This document shows positions 24,534 through 30,835 of a stretch of DNA of 30,835 nt, piece after piece (the first letter of the stretch is position 1; each line of letters begins with the position of its first letter). Both the position numbers and the translations under genes were made by a program. The notes beneath the pieces are model-generated. The model saw only the letters and a program-made list of their open reading frames with translations. It was not told where the DNA came from and made no database searches. Source of the stretch: a virus; IMG/VR virus record IMGVR_UViG_3300015608_001846, positions 120,001 to 150,835 of that record. One strand, written 5' to 3'.

Positions 24534-25136
24534 TTAAATATGCCTACGACGCAGGACGACCGGTTCTCCAGCCATCGGCTTGGTCAATTCCCAAGTTGGG
24601 TTGGCAACCAACCATTCATCGATCGCGGGTTTGACACCAGCATGGCGGTGTGAATCATCACGTGGTGTGCAACCCTTGACGTGTTCGTACCCTGGTCGCT
24701 CTGCGTACCACAGGTCACGCTCAGACCACTTACCATCATAATCATCAACGATGACAATGCCACCCGGCCGGACCAGGTCATCAAACAACGCAGCCTCCTG
24801 AACGACTGTCGGGTAGTTGTGATCACCGTCAAGCAATAACAGATCAAACTTGAGACCTTGCTGCACCAGCTTGGGCATCAGTTGAAGGCTGTTCTCTTCG
24901 ACGAGGTAGGCCTGTTGTTCAGCAGTCCGATCGAGATTGTCCAACACGATCCTGACCTGCTCCTGCACCATGACATCGACACCCAGCGCCAAGAAGGCCG
25001 GCTGTGACCTGACGAGGAAGGTGACCAGCGTCATGAACGACACCCCACGATCGACACCGATTTCGATCATTGTCGGTGGATGTTTTAAAGAATTGAGGTG
25101 TGCCTTAGCGTAACCCAAAAGTCCATGGTATGCCAC
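24534..25136 (-). CDS. Class I SAM-dependent methyltransferase (Methyltransf_24-like; substrate unknown)
   Basis: Motif I is MIEIGVDRGVS. LLLLDGDHNYPTV and GGIVIVDDY are typical of this small MTase group. The GTG start at 25136 is uncertain. Confidence 0.7.
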   Translation of the reverse strand: MAYHGLLGYAKAHLNSLKHPPTMIEIGVDRGVSFMTLVTFLVRSQPAFLALGVDVMVQEQVRIVLDNLDRTAEQQAYLVEENSLQLMPKLVQQGLKFDLLLLDGDHNYPTVVQEAALFDDLVRPGGIVIVDDYDGKWSERDLWYAERPGYEHVKGCTPRDDSHRHAGVKPAIDEWLVANPTWELTKPMAGEPVVLRRRHI

Positions 25137-25170
25137 GTAGTCATCTTACAACGCCTTACCACGACTTGAC

Positions 25171-25209
25171 AAATAAAGCACGTGAGGGAAGCGTAAATGC
25201 TTCCCTCAC
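25171..25209 (-). terminator. Rho-independent terminator
   Basis: 11-bp GC-rich stem with a 6-nt loop (gtgagggaagc-gtaaat-gcttccctcac, 25182-25209). On the minus strand it is followed by GUGCUUUAUUU. It lies 29 nt after the stop of ORF 25238-25465. Confidence 0.65.
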
Positions 25210-25237
25210 ACACGAAGTTCAATTGTCTTGTTTGAGC

Positions 25238-25465
25238 TTAGCCCGCTGCTAGCATGAACTGCACTGCAGCCTTGACACGTTCCTGCAGCTCGGTTGGAAG
25301 CGCCGACAGCAACACGTAGTTCTCGATACGAGAAACGTTCTCCACAGGACCACCCACGACTTGGTCAGCACGGGGTGTGACGCCCACACGCAGGACCAGC
25401 GGCGCAGGTCCAGTGACGGAGTTGATCATGGGTTGGTAGAGGTTGACTCGTTGGACGTGGTTCAT
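25238..25465 (-). CDS. Hypothetical small protein (75 aa)
   Basis: ATG start. Tightly packed on the same strand. No family recognised. Confidence 0.45.
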   Translation of the reverse strand: MNHVQRVNLYQPMINSVTGPAPLVLRVGVTPRADQVVGGPVENVSRIENYVLLSALPTELQERVKAAVQFMLAAG

Positions 25466-25471
25466 GGTTAA

Positions 25472-25672
25472 CTATGACTTGAGCAGTTGCTTGTTCTCGT
25501 TCAACGCACGGTTAGCAATGCTCAATTGCTGCCGCAGCTGGTCCAACGTTAACCTGATCTGCACGACACGTGTTTGATCACCTGCCGCAGCAGCCTCAGT
25601 TAGTGATTTTTCATAATCGTTGATCTGTTCAAGCAACAGTTCTGTTGATGCTGACATGCCTGTAAGTATCAA
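25472..25672 (-). CDS. Hypothetical small coiled-coil protein
   Basis: The listed start is TTG at 25672. ATG 25657 (MSASTELLLEQINDYEKSL...) is the more likely start and is preceded by GATACTTAC-AGGC. Confidence 0.45.
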   Translation of the reverse strand: MILTGMSASTELLLEQINDYEKSLTEAAAAGDQTRVVQIRLTLDQLRQQLSIANRALNENKQLLKS

Positions 25673-25689
25673 CTACACGTCGTCAGTGT

Positions 25690-25920
25690 TCAACCGTACC
25701 AAGCACGTTGCACGATCCCATTGACAACGTCGACGTTGAGTCGACGTTCATCGGGTTCAGGCTTGTACGACCGCAAGCAGACGCCGTCGAGCTTGTTGAC
25801 GACGAGCCGGCTACCGTTCGAACGAGCACGAACAAACGCTTCAGCGAGGACCATGCCGATGGCTGGGTGAAGGTGTTTCACAGCTGAACCTCGAGGTTCA
25901 CGTGATCTGTTCGCAGACAT
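25690..25920 (-). CDS. Hypothetical small protein (76 aa)
   Basis: ATG preceded by a GAGG RBS. Same-strand packing. No family recognised. Confidence 0.45.
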   Translation of the reverse strand: MSANRSREPRGSAVKHLHPAIGMVLAEAFVRARSNGSRLVVNKLDGVCLRSYKPEPDERRLNVDVVNGIVQRAWYG

Positions 25921-25949
25921 CTTTGTACCTCACGTAATGAGCATGTGTT

Positions 25950-26699
25950 TCACACATGACCCAATCGGATCACTTGACCTGTCTTGTCCCACTTCTGGGT
26001 GGATGACAAGATAAAATCGACCTGTTCTTCTACTGTGGTGGTCTGGTTGTTGACACGGATGAGCAAAACGTTGCGACGCAAAGCTTCATCCTCTTCAATG
26101 CTATCGCGTAGTTGGGTTCTTTGAAAATCGTGGCCTTCGTGCACTTGACGAAAGTGCCATTCACCGTCGCTCTCGACCCAAACGTTTCCGTCTTCAGAGA
26201 CGATGTCAACATCAAATGACAGACCATCGACGGTCACCTGCTTGTGACGCTTGAAACCGTGAGGTCGTAATGCCTCAGAAAGAGCACGTTCAGCTTTGGA
26301 TGATGAACGAGCACATGTTGAATTCAGCATTGCTCTGATGCCTTTCAAGCATGTTTCAGGATCACGAGCGTACGTTTGCTTCATTGAAGCACTTTTCTTT
26401 GCTCGTGACTCTGGCGTCTGTTCACGTGAAGCAGCACACTTTTTTGAACACGTTTTCCTGACGTGTCCCTTACGTTCCGGTGAGTACGTCACCTCAAATG
26501 AGGTGCCACACTTGCACGTCCGAGTCTCAACGACGGTCGTCTTGAGACCGTAGCGTTTGATCGAGCTAACTCGAGCGTTCTCTCTGAGCCGACGCAAACC
26601 ATCGTCTGTGTAGGTCGAGGGTTTGTGATGCCAGCGAACGTGGTTTGCTTTCGCTTGGAAGCTTTCAAATTGTTGATCGCATTCATCACACGTCCACAT
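25950..26699 (-). CDS. Homing-endonuclease-like protein: C2H2-type zinc finger + Vsr/PD-(D/E)xK-type nuclease core
   Basis: The N-terminal CDECDQQF..HVRWHH is C2H2-like, and there is a second cysteine cluster CKCG..CSKKC. The C-terminal core is LSFDVDIVSEDGNVWVESDGEWH. It starts 46 nt after the tmRNA 3' end. Confidence 0.6.
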   Translation of the reverse strand: MWTCDECDQQFESFQAKANHVRWHHKPSTYTDDGLRRLRENARVSSIKRYGLKTTVVETRTCKCGTSFEVTYSPERKGHVRKTCSKKCAASREQTPESRAKKSASMKQTYARDPETCLKGIRAMLNSTCARSSSKAERALSEALRPHGFKRHKQVTVDGLSFDVDIVSEDGNVWVESDGEWHFRQVHEGHDFQRTQLRDSIEEDEALRRNVLLIRVNNQTTTVEEQVDFILSSTQKWDKTGQVIRLGHV

Positions 26700-26744
26700 G
26701 AAAGTAACTATCTAGTGAAGTGTGGAAGCATTCAAAATAGAACC

Positions 26745-27101
26745 TGGTGGAGATGGGGAGAGTTGAACTCCCATCCGCGACACTTCTTCACAACGCATCT
26801 TCACAGGCTTGGTCCGTCTGATCGATCGACCTCAGGACGGGTCTAGAGGGTTCTTTTATGCCCACCCACAAGGGCATTCGCCTTAACGTCGCGCTGACGT
26901 TTGTCGATCCAGGTCGCTGGACCGGCCGCCCAGTGTGCTGTTTCTAGGTCACTGGAAACCCATCCTGCTACGCCGCGAGGGCGAGCGAGGCGATGCCGTT
27001 ATCGTTGGCGTCTATACGTCGTATGGGTTGTTAAACCGGACCCTCACGCACCGGTGCCTGCAACGCTATGCTTCTATGCCACGTCGAAACCTGTCATCCC
27101 C
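26745..27101 (-). ncRNA. ssrA: tmRNA (transfer-messenger RNA), standard one-piece, 357 nt, CCA encoded
   Basis: The minus strand starts GGGGAUGACAGGUUUCGACGUGG and ends GGAUGGGAGUUCAACUCUCCCCAUCUCCACCA. The acceptor stem GGGGAUG/CAUCUCC has a G3:U70 wobble. The T-arm is GGGAG-UUCAACU-CUCCC, followed by discriminator A and CCA. An internal tag frame follows UAUAGAC. There is no credible protein ORF in this 446-nt gap. Confidence 0.9.
26968..27009 (-). other. tmRNA tag-peptide reading frame: ANDNGIASLALAA + UAG
   Basis: GCC AAC GAU AAC GGC AUC GCC UCG CUC GCC CUC GCG GCG UAG. The resume codon GCC is preceded by UAUAGAC (compare E. coli AAUAGUC-GCA). The C-terminal LALAA is typical of ClpXP-recognised ssrA tags. 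Confidence 0.8.
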
Positions 27102-27145
27102 TTGTGATCGATATGTACCACACTCGATCGATAGTTGCACTACGT

Positions 27146-27511
27146 TTAGTGTTTGTTCTTGCGGTGTTTGTTGGGCCTAGGCATGTGTGGTAAAGGTGGA
27201 CCACCCTTCCTCGGGAGGGGGTACGCCGCCGCGGTGAGGACCTCATCGTCATCATCAGTCATGATATCATTGCTACCGACGGTCGACTCATCGCGTGGCG
27301 CGGGCGGAGGCGATGACGAAAATACGTCATTCAACAGCACAGAACCGCGGCGGTCGTCAGAATCGAGGGCGGCGAAGATGCATGCCTTGAGACGATTGTG
27401 AACCTGTCGCAGCTGCACATCGTCTATCGTCCGACACGGTGCAGCATTCAACGTCACCTGTAGCAGGTCGTACAACGCCAAGAGCTCTTTGTGGTTTAAA
27501 TTGAATTTCAT
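27146..27511 (-). CDS. Hypothetical protein (acidic centre, Pro-rich and basic C-terminus)
   Basis: The preferred start ATG 27511 overlaps the upstream TAA (TAATG). The N-terminus is MKFNLNHKELLALYDLLQ. It ends 44 nt before the tmRNA 5' end. Confidence 0.5.
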   Translation of the reverse strand: MKFNLNHKELLALYDLLQVTLNAAPCRTIDDVQLRQVHNRLKACIFAALDSDDRRGSVLLNDVFSSSPPPAPRDESTVGSNDIMTDDDDEVLTAAAYPLPRKGGPPLPHMPRPNKHRKNKH

Positions 27512-28053
27512 TAGACGGCCACGTTGTACGTCAAGCCAGACGAAAGCAAGGTAATCCAATCTGGATGGAACTTATTGACTTGGAACTTTCGATAGATCAG
27601 CCCAAAGCTAGGGTCGTTGATCCGAACCGACAAAGTTCGTCCCGATCGACAGATCGCCGACACTCCTTCGGAGGAGTCACCGTCAACACGTAACACACAC
27701 GTTCTGCTATAACTGCCAGTGCTGGCATCAGTCAGGATGTCGACGTTCTCGAGCGGCCCTATTTGCCCTAAGGGAGACACCTCACGGGCACGCAAAGGCT
27801 TGAGCCTGTGCAGGTCATCGGCATTGACGACGTTGACCTTTTTTTCAGGGTCGTCTTCTACGCTCCCTTTGACAGCATCATCAATGAAGTCATCTTCGGG
27901 TTCGCACTTGACATCATCGACTTCGTCGTCACCGATGACAAACCCCTTAAGGCCCTCGATGAGCTCTCTGCCCTTCGAGGGAAGTTTAGCGCGTCGATCG
28001 AGCATGACAAGATCGACCAAGAGATCGAGTGCCTTGTGCCGCAAAAGCATCAT
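27511..28053 (-). CDS. Hypothetical acidic protein
   Basis: 180-aa ORF with a double ATG start. The N-terminus MMLLRHKALDLLVDLV loosely resembles that of the next ORF. No family recognised. Confidence 0.5.
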   Translation of the reverse strand: MMLLRHKALDLLVDLVMLDRRAKLPSKGRELIEGLKGFVIGDDEVDDVKCEPEDDFIDDAVKGSVEDDPEKKVNVVNADDLHRLKPLRAREVSPLGQIGPLENVDILTDASTGSYSRTCVLRVDGDSSEGVSAICRSGRTLSVRINDPSFGLIYRKFQVNKFHPDWITLLSSGLTYNVAV

Positions 28054-28085
28054 AATTTCAGATTTCTATCCTTTCAATGCAGGAA

Positions 28086-28110
28086 GGCAGCAAGCCTTGG
28101 GCTTGCTGCC
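28086..28110 (-). terminator. 11-bp stem / 3-nt loop hairpin (probable terminator, weak U tract)
   Basis: ggcagcaagcc-ttg-ggcttgctgcc, 36 nt after the stop of ORF 28146-28403. The minus-strand downstream sequence is UUCCUGCAUU. Confidence 0.45.
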
Positions 28111-28145
28111 CAATCATCATTCACTGGGTGAACGCTGCAACAGGC

Positions 28146-28403
28146 TCAAAGCGCCTTGCCATTGACGCTGTAGTGCCTGCTCAGCAAGCGATACAGCGTC
28201 CGTGCATCATGACCCGACAGTCGGAATGCCCGTCCAGAGTGACCCACGTCGATGAAGAGGTTGGTGCTGTTCTTGCGTGAGTCGGTGGTGACTGCAAAGT
28301 CAAAACCGCTGTCACGCCCGTCAGTCTCAGTGCGAGACTTTCCGGTACGATCAGTGCGAGAGATGATGCGTGCATTGCGGTTTGCCGTGTAGCTGTTGTT
28401 CAT
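28146..28403 (-). CDS. Hypothetical small protein (85 aa)
   Basis: ATG preceded by AGAGGTAAG. It is the first gene after a 200-nt non-coding region. Confidence 0.5.
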   Translation of the reverse strand: MNNSYTANRNARIISRTDRTGKSRTETDGRDSGFDFAVTTDSRKNSTNLFIDVGHSGRAFRLSGHDARTLYRLLSRHYSVNGKAL

Positions 28404-28605
28404 GTTTTCTTACCTCTGCTCGTCGGCTTAATCCGACTGACAAGGACAACATAACACAGTGTGAGATTGTGTACAAAAAGCCCTATCACAACAGAGCACC
28501 GCTAGCCTCTTTGTCTTAGAATATTCAGCAATATACGACCATAGACCAACCCAACATTGGGTCACGAACACTCTACGAGGGCAACGGTGGGCCGAAAACA
28601 CGGGT

Positions 28606-29088
28606 TCACGTCTCTGGAAATGGCCACCATGACGGTGCTTGGGCCCGGGGATGCCAGCGAGCGAAGAGCGATTTCTCGGCGATGTAGTAGCAACGGTAGG
28701 CTGTGACCGGGTCCCCTGGGATGCGCCACTCGTTGGGCATCGCCTGGGCAAACCCAGCGGCACGGGTCCAATCGCCGGGAGAAGCGAGCTGGGACCAGAA
28801 CGCAGCCAGCTTCACCTCGGTCGCATGGATCCGGTGGTAACGCCGTGTGTACTCATCACACAGCCCCAAGAAGTGCTCCTGGAGCCAGGCCTGGTTGCCG
28901 AGTGAAGCTGCTGTCCACTTGACACAGGGGTGGTGTTGGTGCGTCGGAAGGTAGGGAACATCGACGCCACGTTTGTGGGCAACGGTGCACAGGATCTGTG
29001 CTGATTCCACGATCATCTTGACGACGTGCTTGTTGCACATCATCGTCGCTGCCTCACGAGGGTCGAGCGACAGGACAAAAATGTTCAT
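28606..29088 (-). CDS. Conserved hypothetical protein (family with N-terminal MNIFVLS.DP..AA....KHVVKM..ESAQIL signature)
   Basis: 160 aa. It carries the motifs PTHQHHPCVKW, CDEYTRRY and AYRCYYIAEK. I recall this signature from a family widespread in phages, large DNA viruses and bacteria, sometimes annotated as pyrimidine-dimer-glycosylase-like. I cannot verify this here. Confidence 0.6.
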   Translation of the reverse strand: MNIFVLSLDPREAATMMCNKHVVKMIVESAQILCTVAHKRGVDVPYLPTHQHHPCVKWTAASLGNQAWLQEHFLGLCDEYTRRYHRIHATEVKLAAFWSQLASPGDWTRAAGFAQAMPNEWRIPGDPVTAYRCYYIAEKSLFARWHPRAQAPSWWPFPET

Positions 29089-29147
29089 TCGATGTCAGGT
29101 TACCACGGACGCCTGTCTTTGATACACCCACATGTAGACAAATTTAA

Positions 29148-29438
29148 TCAGACGATCCGAACGCTTCTAACAGCAACAGGGTAGTCTTCATTGTTCACGA
29201 CAACGTTCAACAGGCTATCATGAACAATGCCCTCAATCTCTCCTGTGACCCCGCCACCTTTGAGTGCAGAAACAAGCGCACCTTTGACAGCGTCGATCCC
29301 GTGTTCGAGCACTGCATCAGTCGCATCGATCTCAAGCTGAATCGATAGAGTGATGTTTGAAGACGTCGACTCGAGCTCTTCTTTGATGATGGAACGCAAT
29401 TGACGCTGTGAGATCCGGATATGCATTTGTTTATGCAT
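29148..29438 (-). CDS. Small protein with N-terminal LRSIIKEELE motif
   Basis: The preferred start ATG 29438 lies 1 nt after the upstream TAG (29440-29442). The listed 29501 start would overlap the upstream gene by 60 nt. The N-terminus is MHKQMHIRISQRQLRSIIKEELEST. Confidence 0.55.
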   Translation of the reverse strand: MHKQMHIRISQRQLRSIIKEELESTSSNITLSIQLEIDATDAVLEHGIDAVKGALVSALKGGGVTGEIEGIVHDSLLNVVVNNEDYPVAVRSVRIV

Positions 29439-29439
29439 G

Positions 29440-30835
29440 CTACGTTCGACGGAAAACGACCAATGACTCAGCCTTGGGCTTCCTGCCCTTCGCACGAGCA
29501 AAGTGATCGACCTTCACGGGTAGGGTGACATCTTCCACGTGCTCAAAGCCGACCGACCGACCCGCTGCGATGATAACGCTTCGCAGGTCTTCATCGATGT
29601 TAATGACGCAGAACCTCGACGGTCGAAGCCCAACATGGGCGGCTGCCAACGTGGGGACGAGGTAGTTCTTTGTCCACGAATCGATGTCGGGATGATCTCG
29701 CCAACATTGGCCTGGTTCATCAACATACCTCTCTTTGTTGAAGTAAGGAGGTGACGTAAACACCATGTCCAACGACTCGGGTTTTGGTCGATAGTTCTCT
29801 GAACCCATCGTCAACAGATTGACACTGATCTCTGGTAGGACCTTGACGAGCTCCTCCGCCAACCTCACAGCGTCATCGCACATCATCATTGAAGGATCTG
29901 TACCCACGTACGTGCCTCGAGGGTACTGAGCAGCAAAGCCCAACAGTCGTGCAGAGAACCCGATCGATGGATCCCAAACAACTGGCCGTTCAACGTCTCC
30001 TAAAAACGTTCGATAAACGTCACATGCCAGGCTTGGGTTGAACCACGACACTGCCTTGCGTTGAACGATAAAACCTCGCCTGATCTCTTTGAAAGAAACA
30101 TCAAAAGTCTCATGTGCAGTAACCTTGTCACCCGATGACAAGGCATACTCATACGGCATGCTGTTGTTGAGCCCAAGTCGATACCTCAACACGCTTCGAA
30201 GGGCGCGGTCGTCATCAAATGCCCGACGGGGTCCGTCATCAACGTCCCAAAACGAACGAACGAATGATTTAAGCCACAGCGACGCATGTCGTCCAGCTGA
30301 TGACGACCTTAGGTCATCGAGGGCCTCTCGAAGAACTCCCGTTTGTGGCATGTAGAACCACCCGTATGTTGACACGTAAGCCCGGAGAAAGAACTCTAGG
30401 GCCGGCAAGAGCTGGTCTTCGACCCAAGTCGCATCCGCAGTCAGCAACGTTTCACGAGCGATGATGACATCGTCATCCGAAAGACGACGACGATCATCCT
30501 TCAACGTCTTCCCGCTGACAATCGCCTTATACGATCGACAGATCAGTTCATCGAGCGTCTTGCAACCTGACAGATCGCTGTCTTCTTTGAACCGAATGAG
30601 CGTCATCGACCTAGACGCTACGAGTGAATCCTTGTCGAGGTCATTTGCCATCGTGATCAATTGGTCGACTGTGAAATCTCGCGTTCTATCGAGACCGTGC
30701 CAATAGACACCATCGATCTCAATCAAGGCTTGTTGTGTGGGTAACCACACATCCACACACATGGTTCTTTCTGTAAAGTTGAACCACTTGCTAGCCTCCG
30801 CGTCGGGAAAATTCGTCCTTATTTGTTCATAGGCT
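29440..30835 (-). CDS. Fusion protein, 5'-partial: Vsr/PD-(D/E)xK-type nuclease domain + amino-type (N6-A or N4-C) DNA methyltransferase domain
   Basis: The frame stays open upstream of the listed ATG 30762 to the window edge (..AYEQIRTNFPDAEASKWFNFTERT-MCVDVW..). The nuclease core is VDVWLPTQQALIEIDGVYWHGLDR (30685-30723). The MTase motif I-like segment is VVWDPSIGFSARLLGF (~29938-29979) and motif IV is TSPPYF (SPPY at 29743-29754). There is no stop between the domains. Confidence 0.75.
   Translation of the reverse strand, partial: AYEQIRTNFPDAEASKWFNFTERTMCVDVWLPTQQALIEIDGVYWHGLDRTRDFTVDQLITMANDLDKDSLVASRSMTLIRFKEDSDLSGCKTLDELICRSYKAIVSGKTLKDDRRRLSDDDVIIARETLLTADATWVEDQLLPALEFFLRAYVSTYGWFYMPQTGVLREALDDLRSSSAGRHASLWLKSFVRSFWDVDDGPRRAFDDDRALRSVLRYRLGLNNSMPYEYALSSGDKVTAHETFDVSFKEIRRGFIVQRKAVSWFNPSLACDVYRTFLGDVERPVVWDPSIGFSARLLGFAAQYPRGTYVGTDPSMMMCDDAVRLAEELVKVLPEISVNLLTMGSENYRPKPESLDMVFTSPPYFNKERYVDEPGQCWRDHPDIDSWTKNYLVPTLAAAHVGLRPSRFCVINIDEDLRSVIIAAGRSVGFEHVEDVTLPVKVDHFARAKGRKPKAESLVVFRRT

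Noticed and set aside
26745-27101. Possibility that the tmRNA is a host ssrA gene marking a prophage or island integration junction
   Set aside because: Both flanks carry co-oriented, phage-type genes at 44-46 nt spacing. There is no integrase. I saw no second copy of the tmRNA 3' end (GGGAGTTCAACTCTCCCCATCTCCACCA) elsewhere in the window. The T4-like, HEG-rich content argues for a lytic phage genome. This cannot be fully excluded without the whole contig.
28428-28763. 111-aa minus-strand ORF spanning the 28404-28605 spacer and overlapping the 3' end of ORF 28606-29088
   Set aside because: Its first half is an off-frame reading of a conserved-looking gene (Pro/Arg/Gly-rich). It has no RBS, and its second half has no recognisable features. 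The spacer is treated as non-coding.
1-30835. CRISPR arrays, integrases/transposases, reverse transcriptase (DGR) near the fibre genes, rRNA or additional tRNA genes
   Set aside because: No regularly spaced direct repeats were seen. No recombinase-like or RT-like ORFs were found. Outside the tmRNA locus and 28404-28605, no intergenic gap is long enough for a tRNA, and I could not fit a cloverleaf to 28404-28605.

Overview
This 30.8-kb window is an almost gap-free gene array, nearly all on the minus strand. It reads as the late/structural region of a large T4-superfamily-like myovirus, not a cellular chromosome.

Gene order in transcription direction (right to left):
- a Vsr-type nuclease fused to a DNA methyltransferase (5'-partial), followed by small ORFs
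- a complete one-piece tmRNA gene that an ORF track cannot show (26745-27101, minus; tag ANDNGIASLALAA)
- a zinc-finger/Vsr-type HEG-like gene, three tiny ORFs and a clear terminator
- a SAM methyltransferase
- a PG-binding + M15-peptidase endolysin, overlapped at its stop by a GIY-YIG HEG
- a translationally coupled block of fibre/receptor-binding genes with three paralogous fibres
- a T4-like neck module (gp13-like, inserted HEG, gp14-like, gp15-like)
- two tandem ~1000-aa gp18-like sheath paralogs separated by a 15-bp hairpin
- several small proteins sharing an L-K-R-L-I-K-E-E-type helix motif
- a decayed duplicate of a two-gene cassette, truncated by a convergent plus-strand HEG

Most noteworthy observations:
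- the phage-borne tmRNA
- the shared-motif protein family
- the duplicated sheath
- the nuclease-methyltransferase fusion
- five HEG-like genes in 30 kb
- a recurrent GA(A)TA[CG]TTA[CG] element upstream of start codons

All homology statements come from signatures read by eye and remembered family patterns. No database search or folding computation was possible.
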